A DNA stretch of 64,000 nucleotides from an uncultured bacterium. GTDB taxonomy: Bacteria; Patescibacteriota; Minisyncoccia; Phycocordibacterales; Phycocordibacteraceae. Under the pieces are notes generated by a model. The model had not been told where the DNA came from. It worked only from the letters and a program-made list of their open reading frames with translations, and did not search any database. Every line of letters begins with the position of its first letter. Position 1 is the stretch's first letter. Of this stretch, positions 34,185 to 42,577 are shown one piece after another. The position numbers and the translations under genes were made by a program. Location: assembly GCA_947085505.1 (NCBI GenBank), contig CAMTWI010000004.1, positions 1,800-65,799 of the forward strand, read 5' to 3'.

Positions 34185-34937
34185 ATGGATATCGAAGACC
34201 TCAACAAAACACAGCTGCTTCTTCTCACGATTCTCGTTAACTTCGTGATTGCTATTGCAACCGCCGTTATGACGGTGTCCTTGCTTGACCAAGCGCCCCC
34301 AACCGTTACCCAGACAGTGAACCGCATCGTTGAGCGTACGGTTGAGACTGCAGCCCAGACCCCACTCCCTACAATCCCCGGCATCGCTGCGCCTCCAAAG
34401 GAGACTATTGTAATACGTGACGAGGACCTTCTTTCGGCTGCTATTCGTGCTGACGCTGGAAGGCGCGTGATGATTCATAAGGGAGCCACGACAACACCGG
34501 TACTTGCTATTGGTACGTATCTTCCAGACAAGCGTGCGGTGGTAACCGCTACAGGCGCTGCGCTTCCTAAAGAGGCCACAATTGTGTTTGCAAACGGCGC
34601 GATAGCTGAGGCGTCGCTCTCGCGTGCTGGTGCAACACTCACCATCTTCGGATTCTCGGATACAGCGACATTGCCAGCTGCCACAACACCAGACCTTGTT
34701 ATGGCGGCGAGTCTCAAGCAGGGGCAGACTCTTGTATCGCTTACGCGCGAGCTTGCGGCGGTTTCAGGCATTGTTTCGATTATTGACGACGTGGGTATCC
34801 GGGCAAATGTTACCGGTGTTCCGCCAGGCGCTGCCGCTGTGAACATTTCGGGCGACATCATCGGTATCGCAACAGCAATTCCGGGCGTGTTTGCGCCTGC
34901 TGATCGCATCAACACACTTCTCTCAGAGGCACCGTAA
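34185..34937 (+). CDS. Membrane-anchored protein with degenerate trypsin/HtrA-like C-terminal region
   Basis: 250 aa. N-terminal TM. PGAAAVNISGDIIGIATA resembles G-N-S-G-G-P-L-V-N..G.VIGINTA but lacks the Ser. Confidence 0.45.
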   Translation: MDIEDLNKTQLLLLTILVNFVIAIATAVMTVSLLDQAPPTVTQTVNRIVERTVETAAQTPLPTIPGIAAPPKETIVIRDEDLLSAAIRADAGRRVMIHKGATTTPVLAIGTYLPDKRAVVTATGAALPKEATIVFANGAIAEASLSRAGATLTIFGFSDTATLPAATTPDLVMAASLKQGQTLVSLTRELAAVSGIVSIIDDVGIRANVTGVPPGAAAVNISGDIIGIATAIPGVFAPADRINTLLSEAP

Positions 34938-34982
34938 CAAGACGCTTCCCGGTACGTCATTATTAGTGTAAAACTCTATCCC

Positions 34983-37667
34983 ATGCCCCCATTCAAGAAC
35001 TTCACCGCAAAGGCTAAGGAAGCTATTAGAAAAGCGCACGAGCTTGCTATTGAGCGTGGACAGAACCACGTAAGCTCCTTGCACCTCCTAACAGCCCTCA
35101 TACATCAGGAGGAGAGTCTCGTATTCTCGGTCCTCGACCGGATGGACGTCGATACCATGATGTTTGCCGACACGCTTCTTGAGACGCTCGAGATCCCGGA
35201 GACGTCGTCGACTCTGTCGCCGTCCTACAATCTCTACCTCACGCCAGACCTCGCGCAGGCTCTTGAGGCGGTTGATAAGGTAGCAGCGCGCATGGGGGAT
35301 GCGTTTGTGGGTACCGAGCACCTGTTCGTAACGGTCCTTGAGCACCCGGGCCCCGCTGCAGAAATACTCTCGCGGTTCCGCATCGATTCCGATATGGTGC
35401 TGCAGCTTTTGAAGGATTTGAAGTCTGCCAAAGACGGGGAAGTGAAGGAACCGAAGAAGTTTCGCGCACTCGCAAAATACACCCGCAATCTCACAAAGAT
35501 GGCGGCAGAGAATGCACTCGATCCTGTTATTGGCCGCGACCAGGAGATTGGACGTGTGGTCCAGATTCTCTCGCGTCGCACCAAGAACAACCCGGTTTTG
35601 ATTGGCGAGCCAGGAACAGGAAAGACCACAATCGCCGAAGGACTTGCAACACGCATTGCAGCAGGTGACGTGCCGGAGTCTCTTAAGGGCAAAGAGCTAC
35701 TTTCCTTGGATCTCGGGCTCATGATTGCTGGCACTAAGTACCGCGGCGAGTTCGAGGAGCGTATGAAGGCGGTTATGAAAGAGGTTGAGAAGTCTGACGG
35801 AAAGGTCATTCTCTTTGTGGACGAGCTTCATACCATTGTTGGTGCTGGTGCTGCTGAAGGTGCGCTTGATGCGTCAAACATGCTGAAGCCAGCGCTCTCG
35901 CGTGGCGAGATCCGCATGATTGGTGCAACAACCATAAAGGAGTACCAACAGCACATCGAGAAGGATGGTGCGCTTACGCGTCGTTTTCAGCCAGTGTATG
36001 TCGAGGAACCATCAATTGAAGACGCAACGGCAATTCTTCGTGGACTGCGCGACAAGTACGAGCTTTTCCATGGTGTCCGCATCACAGACGGCGCGGTTGT
36101 GTCAGCCGTTGAGCTCTCAAGCCGCTACATAACGGATCGCTACCTTCCGGACAAGGCAGTTGATCTTATAGACGAAGCTGCGTCAGGTCTTCGTATTGCG
36201 CTTGAGAACAAGCCGCCAGCACTCGAGGAGACAGATCGCAAGATTCGCAGACTCGAGATTGAGCGCGAAGCGCTTAAGAAGGACGAGGAAGGAGACCATG
36301 CAAAAGATATGAAGGCACGTCTTTCCACTATTGATACGGAAATCGCTGATCTTCGCGAGAAGACCGCAGAACTCGAACTTAAGTGGAAGAATGAGAAGGA
36401 GGTTCTCGAATCAATTCGCACCCTTAAGACTGAACTCGACAAAGCACGCGTTGAGGCGGATAACGCAGAAGCTATGGCAGACCTTGGTACTGCCGCAGAG
36501 ATTCGCTACGGACGCATACCGGCTTTGCAGAAGGAGCTTGATACAAAGACAAAGCGCTTGAAGACGCTCCAGAAGTCGCGTCGCATTCTCCATGAGGAAG
36601 TTACTGAGGCAGAGATCGCGGGAGTTGTTGCACGCTGGACCGGTATTCCGGTTGCGAAGATGCTCGAAGAGGAAGCAGCGAAGCTTGCACGCATGGAAGA
36701 GGCGCTTACGGGTGCTGTTATCGGCCAGGATAGTGCAGTAAAGATAATCACGAATGCTGTGAAGCGCTCTCGTGTGGGTATTAGTGATCCGAATCGTCCG
36801 ATTGGCTCGTTCCTATTCCTTGGCCCTACTGGCGTGGGAAAGACAGAACTCTCACGACGTCTTGCGGAGTTTATGTTCAACGATAAGGAGTCCTTGGTCC
36901 GTGTTGATATGTCCGAGTTTATGGAGAAGCACTCCATTGCAAAGCTTATCGGTGCGCCTCCAGGCTACGTAGGGTACGAGGAAGCAGGATCACTCACGGA
37001 GCGCATCCGCCACCGTCCGTATGCGGTTATTCTCTTCGATGAGATCGAGAAGGCACATAGCGAGGTATTCAACATACTTCTTCAAGTTCTTGATTCCGGA
37101 CACCTCACTGATGGCAAGGGAAGAAAGGTGAACTTCAAGAACACCATCATTGTCCTCACCTCAAACATTGGTGCCGAGTTTATGGACCGCGCCGCAAATA
37201 TCGGGTTTGCACCTGGAGACGGATCAGCATCAGCTGAGGCCGCACAGATGAAAGAGAAGGTCATGGGAGCGCTTAAGGAACACTTCCGTCCAGAATTCCT
37301 CAATCGTCTTGATGACATTGTTATGTTTGAGTCGCTCTCAAAGGAAGCGCTCATGGATATCGTTGAGGTGCAGGTAGCAGAGATTGTGGAGCGCCTTTCT
37401 AATAAGCGCATCACGCTTACTGTTACTCCTGAGGTACGTGCTTGGCTCGCAGAGAAGGGATATAACCCACAGTACGGCGCCCGTCCTTTGAGACGTGCCG
37501 TTCAGGACCACATCCTCACCCCTGTGGCCACGCTTATGGTTGGTCAGGGAGTTATGGAGGGTGGGACCGTTAATGTAAGCCTTAAGAACGGAGAGCCTCA
37601 CTTCGAGGTTAAGAAGATGCCAGGGCGCGCTAAGGCCAGGACGAAGGCCGTTGCGCAGGCGAGCTAG
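34983..37667 (+). CDS. clpB: Chaperone disaggregase ClpB
   Basis: 894 aa. Clp N domain, two Walker A motifs (GEPGTGKT and GPTGVGKT), long coiled-coil middle domain, GARPLRR sensor. Confidence 0.95.
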   Translation: MPPFKNFTAKAKEAIRKAHELAIERGQNHVSSLHLLTALIHQEESLVFSVLDRMDVDTMMFADTLLETLEIPETSSTLSPSYNLYLTPDLAQALEAVDKVAARMGDAFVGTEHLFVTVLEHPGPAAEILSRFRIDSDMVLQLLKDLKSAKDGEVKEPKKFRALAKYTRNLTKMAAENALDPVIGRDQEIGRVVQILSRRTKNNPVLIGEPGTGKTTIAEGLATRIAAGDVPESLKGKELLSLDLGLMIAGTKYRGEFEERMKAVMKEVEKSDGKVILFVDELHTIVGAGAAEGALDASNMLKPALSRGEIRMIGATTIKEYQQHIEKDGALTRRFQPVYVEEPSIEDATAILRGLRDKYELFHGVRITDGAVVSAVELSSRYITDRYLPDKAVDLIDEAASGLRIALENKPPALEETDRKIRRLEIEREALKKDEEGDHAKDMKARLSTIDTEIADLREKTAELELKWKNEKEVLESIRTLKTELDKARVEADNAEAMADLGTAAEIRYGRIPALQKELDTKTKRLKTLQKSRRILHEEVTEAEIAGVVARWTGIPVAKMLEEEAAKLARMEEALTGAVIGQDSAVKIITNAVKRSRVGISDPNRPIGSFLFLGPTGVGKTELSRRLAEFMFNDKESLVRVDMSEFMEKHSIAKLIGAPPGYVGYEEAGSLTERIRHRPYAVILFDEIEKAHSEVFNILLQVLDSGHLTDGKGRKVNFKNTIIVLTSNIGAEFMDRAANIGFAPGDGSASAEAAQMKEKVMGALKEHFRPEFLNRLDDIVMFESLSKEALMDIVEVQVAEIVERLSNKRITLTVTPEVRAWLAEKGYNPQYGARPLRRAVQDHILTPVATLMVGQGVMEGGTVNVSLKNGEPHFEVKKMPGRAKARTKAVAQAS

Positions 37668-37689
37668 GGCTGGTATAGTCCTCCTATCT

Positions 37690-37842
37690 ATGTCACAGGA
37701 TCGTCTAATTCTACTGCGCTCTGCTTCCGGGCACGTTCGCCGTACTCGTAAGAACAAGAAGAAGGTTGAGCGTAAGATTGAGCTTAAGAAGTTTGATCCA
37801 AACACTCGCACGCGCGAAATCTACAAGGAGGTTAAGAAATAA
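37690..37842 (+). CDS. rpmG: 50S ribosomal protein L33
   Basis: Start moved to ATG 37690. 50 aa: MSQDRLILLRSASGHVRRTRKNKKKVERKIELKKFDPNTRTREIYKEVKK (non-zinc form). Confidence 0.8.
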   Translation: MSQDRLILLRSASGHVRRTRKNKKKVERKIELKKFDPNTRTREIYKEVKK

Positions 37843-37845
37843 GAG

Positions 37846-37870
37846 AAAGCCGCCCGAAAGGGCGGTTTCT
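37846..37870 (+). terminator. Intrinsic terminator after rpmG
   Basis: AAAGCCGCCC-GAAA-GGGCGGTTTCTCGTTT. Confidence 0.75.
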
Positions 37871-37896
37871 CGTTTACGTATTGAAATGTCTCCTGG

Positions 37897-37977
37897 GGAA
37901 ATGGAAAAACCGTCCGGAGACGGTTTTTCCAGTACGTTCGTGAACTCTTTGGCCGAAACCTCGGAAATCACGAACGT
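37897..37977 (-). ncRNA. Candidate ~80-nt small RNA
   Basis: Minus strand. Starts ~7 nt after a TTGACA-N17-TAGAGT promoter. Has a 10-bp perfect stem ACGTTCGTGA..TCACGAACGT enclosing the CCGAGGTTTCGG hairpin, then the terminator hairpin GGAAAAACCGTC-TCCG-GACGGTTTTTCC + ATTT. No start codon. Confidence 0.45.
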
Positions 37978-37983
37978 TTGATC

Positions 37984-38012
37984 ACTCTATCCTAAGCGAT
38001 TTTTGCTGTCAA
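37984..38012 (-). promoter_or_regulatory. Consensus sigma70 promoter driving the candidate sRNA
   Basis: Minus strand: TATTGACA-N17-TAGAGT. Confidence 0.55.
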
Positions 38013-38040
38013 TACCCAAAAAGCAGGTTGGGGATAGCGG

Positions 38041-38067
38041 GCGGGCCCTGTGGGACGAGATTCGAAA
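38041..38067 (-). repeat. Pseudo-tRNA-3'-end element at the distal edge of the tRNA-Trp island
   Basis: Minus strand: TTTCGAATCTCGTCCCACAGGGCCCGC. T-loop-like TTCGAAT plus AGGGCCCGC, compared with the tRNA-Trp end TTCGATT..AGGCCCGC. 19/27 ungapped identity to the tRNA-Gln-locus repeat GTTCCAACATCGTCCCAGATTGCCAGC. Confidence 0.55.
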
Positions 38068-38090
38068 TATAATTCAGTTATAATAATGCA

Positions 38091-38993
38091 GTGAACACCA
38101 CTCTCATTCTCGAGGAGCTCTACTCAAAGGAGGAGATCGAAACTGCTTTCGATACTAATTTTGGTCCGCGCATAAAGGGTATTACTCAGCGACGTTCTTC
38201 AGATAATGAGCCATATATACTCATATTTGCTTCCGCTCGCGGCTCAATAGTGTACGGGGATAGGGTTGAGGGTAGGATTTTCTATTACAAGGGTGAGGGA
38301 TCAGACGGTGACCAGAAGCTTACAACCGCAAATAAGGCACTGATAAATTCAAATCTAAACAAGACACCCATCTTTGGTTTTCGTCAGCATGAGATTGGTG
38401 GCAAATACCAGTATCTTGGATTGGTATCGGTCCTTGAGTGGACCTATGCAGATTTCAATGGCAGAAAGGTGTATGAATTTAAATTCGAACAGGAGGGCTT
38501 AGAGAATCCTCTGCAAAGTACTAAAGAGTGGAATGAAATAAAGAACCAAAGTGAGCTTCCGGACCCATCCCTCACGGGAACGGGTGAAGTAGCTGTATCT
38601 ACTGTATCTAGCATAAAACGAAATGCAGCCTTTCCATTAAAGATTAAGGAGCAGTATCAGAATCGATGTGCTGTGTGTAGAAAATCACGGTGTACGGCTG
38701 CTGGGTACCCAGAGGTTCAGTCCGCCCATATATACCCAAAGGAGAAGAATGGAGCAGATGACTTAAGAAATGGCATAGCTCTATGCAGGCTTCATCACTG
38801 GGCTTTTGACGAGGGGCTGCTGGCTATTTCTGATGATTTAACTCTACTCGTTAACAATGCCATTACAAAGGATGAAGACTACGAAGAAATTAGCAAGTAC
38901 GCCGGAGTAGCTATCCTGCCTCCTCTGGACAAACGATATACACCGTTGCCACTTTTTCTGACAGAGCATAGAAAGCTACATGGGTTTGAGTAG
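38091..38993 (+). CDS. SRA(YDG)-like domain fused to HNH nuclease; putative modification-dependent (type IV) restriction enzyme
   Basis: 300 aa, GTG start. N-terminal YILIFASARG..FYYKGEGSDGDQKLTTANKALINS parallels the SRA motif Y.L...GGY....F.YTG.GG...DQKLT..N.AL. C-terminal CAVCRK..AHIYPK..NGIALCRLHHWAFD is HNH. Confidence 0.75.
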   Translation: MNTTLILEELYSKEEIETAFDTNFGPRIKGITQRRSSDNEPYILIFASARGSIVYGDRVEGRIFYYKGEGSDGDQKLTTANKALINSNLNKTPIFGFRQHEIGGKYQYLGLVSVLEWTYADFNGRKVYEFKFEQEGLENPLQSTKEWNEIKNQSELPDPSLTGTGEVAVSTVSSIKRNAAFPLKIKEQYQNRCAVCRKSRCTAAGYPEVQSAHIYPKEKNGADDLRNGIALCRLHHWAFDEGLLAISDDLTLLVNNAITKDEDYEEISKYAGVAILPPLDKRYTPLPLFLTEHRKLHGFE

Positions 38994-39083
38994 GTGTTGA
39001 TGAGTGCGAGTGCCCCCTAGGACAAGATTCAGCTTGCTTTAGAAGGGTATTGTGCCCCCAGGTACGAGTAGTATGATTCCTTC

Positions 39084-40088
39084 ATGAAGCTAAACTACGA
39101 AATAACGCCTGAGAATCTCAAGATTCTGGAAATCAAGCAAGTACTGCTGGATAAAGAGAAATTCGGTGCTCTTACGTTTGATCGGGCTTATTTACCTCTG
39201 CATGAGCTCAGGAAGATGTTTGTAGAGTTTCAAGAGCTCGACTACGCTTCTAAACTGGCTCCTGACGAAGTGCAAGAAGTGGAAAACTACAAGAATCAAC
39301 TTCTTGACTATGTTCGCCGAGTTCACTCAATAGATCCTACTACTGATCCTACTTTTAATACGAATGTTCGTGAGAATTTAGAAAATGAAATAATAAGTTT
39401 TTGTCAGCGAGTGAGTAAGGTTTTGAGAAACAACCTTGTCTATCTTAGACAGGAGCTTGCTCTTAGGAATCAGGACCAGCAAAGCTTAGCTGAAGAACAA
39501 AAAGCTACTGTGCAAGCGAGGAAGCAGGCAGAAGAAACGTTAAGTCAACTACAAGCAAAGCTTGAGGAACTAACTAGTAGAGAGCAGCAGCTCGAAAACA
39601 AATCAGGCGAGTTTGGTGCGAAGGCTCTCGGAATTCATTTTGGTACCGAGACAGATAACTATTCGGATGTAGCTAATAAGTGGTTTGTTGCCTCAATCGT
39701 TGCCTATCTTTTTCTTGTTTTCATCGTAATTGGTATAGGAATCTATTACAGTTTTTTCCATGGCGGCGGCTGGGAAACTCTTACGTGGCAGGAGGGAACC
39801 GCAAAGCTCTTTCTCTTTGCGGCTCTATGGTACGGATTAACCTTCATTACACGAAACTACAATGTAAATTCACATCTTGCTGCTGTAAATCGGCATCGTG
39901 CAGCAGTCGCTAAAACTCTCGAAGATTTCCTTGCTTCAAGTCCATCTGCTACTGGTGAAATGTTGAAGAATGGTACAGAAGCCATGTTTCGGCATGTAGC
40001 GATCGGTTTCATAACGAAAGCCGAAAAGGATTCTGGAAACCCTCTTCTTGAAGTCGTGAATAAGGTGGTGAATCCAAAAGGGGAATAA
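39084..40088 (+). CDS. Coiled-coil protein with C-terminal double-TM domain (unknown function)
   Basis: 334 aa. Heptad-rich QQSLAEEQKATVQARKQAEETLSQLQAKLEELTSREQQLE, then WFVASIVAYLFLVFIVIGIGIYY and LFLFAALWYGLTFI helices. Confidence 0.55.
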   Translation: MKLNYEITPENLKILEIKQVLLDKEKFGALTFDRAYLPLHELRKMFVEFQELDYASKLAPDEVQEVENYKNQLLDYVRRVHSIDPTTDPTFNTNVRENLENEIISFCQRVSKVLRNNLVYLRQELALRNQDQQSLAEEQKATVQARKQAEETLSQLQAKLEELTSREQQLENKSGEFGAKALGIHFGTETDNYSDVANKWFVASIVAYLFLVFIVIGIGIYYSFFHGGGWETLTWQEGTAKLFLFAALWYGLTFITRNYNVNSHLAAVNRHRAAVAKTLEDFLASSPSATGEMLKNGTEAMFRHVAIGFITKAEKDSGNPLLEVVNKVVNPKGE

Positions 40089-40203
40089 AATCAAAGGATA
40101 CGGTTGATTTCAAAATGATTCAGACCGTATGGAATGAGATAAAATTAGGTTACGGCTCCACACATCGTTTAAAATTTTAGGTAAACCAACTTTTCAATCA
40201 TCT

Positions 40204-40770
40204 TTAGGACAAAGAGTCTTTGGGGGTTGCAAGTTTTATATAGTCTAGCAATCGGTACTGATCTATAAGTTCAATCGGCTTGTCTTCAGCAAACTTTCTA
40301 GCTTCAAGAGTGAATCCTGCAGTAGTGATGAAATAGGCTTGCCCGTTTGCTAGGCGACCTGCTATAGCCCCGTAGAAATCTCTAATAGCTGACACCGGCA
40401 CCTGTCGAGTGATGTATCTCTTGCACTGAATATAGTTTGTAACACCGTTTTTCGTGGCAATCACATCAATCCCACCGTCGTAAGATTTTCCGACCGCTTC
40501 AGCCTGATACCCAAGTTGTATAAAAAGCTCAGCAATATAATCCTCGAACTCTTTAGGACTCATGCCCCGTATCCACTGGATAAGATCTCTATCAGATCTC
40601 CATTGCGCACCAGCCTTGAACTGCCGCTTGTTCCTCCATGAGCGATAGAGATCAGGTAAAACGACTTCGACCAGTACCCGAAGAACAAGCATTCCGAACA
40701 CGAAGACAATAAGCCATCCGAACACGGGTGAAAGCATTTCCACAATAGGATTGCTCGGAAAGATATCCAT
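40204..40770 (-). CDS. Membrane-anchored Mrr-like restriction endonuclease
   Basis: 188 aa. N-terminal TM (FGWLIVFVFGMLVLRVLV). FEDYIAELFIQLGY..DGGIDVIA...IQCKRY..V..IRDFYGA..FITTAGFT matches the Mrr_cat D-(Q/E)xK core (recalled). Confidence 0.8.
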   Translation of the reverse strand: MDIFPSNPIVEMLSPVFGWLIVFVFGMLVLRVLVEVVLPDLYRSWRNKRQFKAGAQWRSDRDLIQWIRGMSPKEFEDYIAELFIQLGYQAEAVGKSYDGGIDVIATKNGVTNYIQCKRYITRQVPVSAIRDFYGAIAGRLANGQAYFITTAGFTLEARKFAEDKPIELIDQYRLLDYIKLATPKDSLS

Positions 40771-40773
40771 TTC

Positions 40774-40974
40774 TTAAATACTATCACTCGGGCGTGCCTG
40801 CGTTTGAGGCTCTTCGGATAAGGCATCATAGAGCCTGGCCAAAGATCCTAAGAAAAGCTGAGCCTCGCCGGGAGAAACTTCAAGGTCGTAACTATTCTGG
40901 AAATAAGTGATCAGCCTTGTTTCCAAGCTTTTAGAAAACTTAAAATCAGAAGAGACGCTCTCTACAGTCCTCAT
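40774..40974 (-). CDS. Small hypothetical protein, paralog of 42340..42537
   Basis: Start moved to ATG 40974 (66 aa). LETRLITYFQNSYDLEVSPGEAQLFLGSLARLYDAL aligns with ELTNRTIAYYLGRGESISPETAQEYLRDMSSLYGSF. Confidence 0.4.
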   Translation of the reverse strand: MRTVESVSSDFKFSKSLETRLITYFQNSYDLEVSPGEAQLFLGSLARLYDALSEEPQTQARPSDSI

Positions 40975-41311
40975 ATACAAAAGTCTTTTGAGCCTCTGAA
41001 CTACACTTTGACCACTTGATATAATCCCCGTCAAAAGTGCCACAAGTACTCTGCGTGTGTGTTCCCATGGCAATACCCATTTCAGTAAGGCAGTCTCCGT
41101 ATGCTTTCATTTTAGTGTCCTGCGCTTTCATGGCTCTAATATTTGCTTCCTTCTGCGCGGCTTGCTGTTCAGGAGTTGGATTCGCACGCTGTACGGCCTG
41201 CTGGTGTACCTGAACGTCTTTCTGAGGCAGATAATAGCCGTAGTAATAACCAACAGAAATACCTCCTATTATCACGGCTAGGAGTGCAATCGGATCGAGG
41301 AAATTCTTCAT
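40946..41311 (-). CDS. Hypothetical membrane-anchored protein
   Basis: 121 aa. N-terminal TM (IALLAVIIGGISVGYYYGYY). Gln/Ala-rich linker and a Cys-containing C-terminus. Confidence 0.45.
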   Translation of the reverse strand: MKNFLDPIALLAVIIGGISVGYYYGYYLPQKDVQVHQQAVQRANPTPEQQAAQKEANIRAMKAQDTKMKAYGDCLTEMGIAMGTHTQSTCGTFDGDYIKWSKCSSEAQKTFVYEDCRERLF

Positions 41312-41340
41312 GGTCAGTAGGGGGACTGACCTCCCCTCAG

Positions 41341-41562
41341 TTATTTGAGGAAATAAGAAATATCTTTCTTGTAGATCTTGGCAAAGCGCTGAAGTTCTAT
41401 GACATCAACACGTTGTTGTCCCGACTCTACATTTGAGATATGCGACTGAGGCCTGTCGAGTTTCTTGGCAACTTCAGTCTGGGTCAGTCCTGCATCAAGG
41501 CGAGCCTTTCTAAGACGCTCGACAAAAACGGCATATTCCTTGGTATGAACTGACTTCTTCAT
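41341..41562 (-). CDS. XRE-family helix-turn-helix regulator
   Basis: 73 aa. RLRKARLDAGLTQTEVAKKLDRPQSHISNVESGQQRVDVIEL is a canonical HTH_3. Confidence 0.85.
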   Translation of the reverse strand: MKKSVHTKEYAVFVERLRKARLDAGLTQTEVAKKLDRPQSHISNVESGQQRVDVIELQRFAKIYKKDISYFLK

Positions 41563-41589
41563 ACACTAGAGCGTGTATCCAAGAAGTCA

Positions 41590-41608
41590 ATATCCAAATT
41601 ATGGATAT
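41590..41608. promoter_or_regulatory. Candidate operator palindrome in the divergent XRE intergenic region
   Basis: ATATCCA-AATTA-TGGATAT, a perfect 7-bp inverted repeat between divergent genes. Confidence 0.5.
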
Positions 41609-41653
41609 CGGTGGCAATTCGTAAAACAAGCGCTTTAGGTATATTCTTCGGCC

Positions 41654-42295
41654 ATGAGTCCAGAGGTAAGAAAGACCCTAGAGATTGTTTGTGCCGCAAT
41701 GCCTACTCGGCGTCAAGACGAGGAGTCTGATTTTTATTCGGTTCTCCTTACAGAGAAAGATTTTAAAAGGCAGGATCTAAGTATTGATGCTGGAGTCGCT
41801 GCGCTTAAGCATCTGGCTAGTACTGGTTCTGCTTTTGTCGAGGTTGGAAACATTTATGAAGCATCAATTGAAAACTTCGATGACCCTACGTTGGATGGGG
41901 AGCATTGTGTCGACATTTATGTTCACTCCTCTGTTCACCTAGAGCTGTTTGGAGGGTCTTCCATACCTGAGACAAAACCTACTTTTAGCTTTAGTGAAAA
42001 TATTCTAAAAGTAAATAGTCAGGACATATTATTTGGATCAATTGATGCAAAGGAAAAGGGAGCATATATATTGCAGTACATATTCGAGCATGATCTATCA
42101 GAACCTTCTGATTACAATGAAATACATGATCGTTTCTTTTTCGATGATCCAAGTTCTGGTTTTGGGAAAAGATTATACGAGGCATGCCGGATCATACGGC
42201 AAAGAGTTTTTGATATTTCCGGTGTGCGGGACTTTCTAATTTTTAACTCAAGCGACAAGGGCTCTGTAAGGATTAATCCTAAATATCTACCGTAG
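41654..42295 (+). CDS. Hypothetical protein (element-borne)
   Basis: 213-aa ORF divergent from the XRE gene. No motif recognised. Confidence 0.5.
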   Translation: MSPEVRKTLEIVCAAMPTRRQDEESDFYSVLLTEKDFKRQDLSIDAGVAALKHLASTGSAFVEVGNIYEASIENFDDPTLDGEHCVDIYVHSSVHLELFGGSSIPETKPTFSFSENILKVNSQDILFGSIDAKEKGAYILQYIFEHDLSEPSDYNEIHDRFFFDDPSSGFGKRLYEACRIIRQRVFDISGVRDFLIFNSSDKGSVRINPKYLP

Positions 42296-42339
42296 CTATA
42301 CGGTAGGATACCGTACGCCAAATTTTCTAAGCTCCCTTA

Positions 42340-42537
42340 GTGGAGCCTTTTTCATTTAGCCCAGAACTCACAAACCGCACTATTGCCTATTACTTGGGTC
42401 GTGGTGAATCCATATCTCCTGAAACAGCCCAGGAGTATTTAAGGGATATGTCGAGCCTCTACGGGTCGTTTATGGCGTTTGCGGACGTGCAGGAGGGGAA
42501 GGCGGCAGCGGCTTCAGCCGCGCCGTCGCACCCCTGA
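42340..42537 (+). CDS. Small hypothetical protein, paralog of 40774..40974
   Basis: 65 aa. Shared pattern L..R.I.Y(F/Y)......(V/I)SP(G/E).AQ.(F/Y)L...(A/S).LY. Confidence 0.4.
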   Translation: MEPFSFSPELTNRTIAYYLGRGESISPETAQEYLRDMSSLYGSFMAFADVQEGKAAAASAAPSHP

Positions 42538-42577
42538 CTTGATAAATAGCACATACAAGACACATACGAGATGAATC

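Noticed and set aside
38041-38067. The tRNA-like remnant as a simple direct duplication of the tRNA-Trp 3' end (a classical attR).
   Set aside because: Only the T-loop and the last ~8 nt match tRNA-Trp. The acceptor strand (CCCACAG) cannot pair with the tRNA-Trp 5' end (GGGTCTA). It is therefore reported as a degenerate or hybrid element instead.
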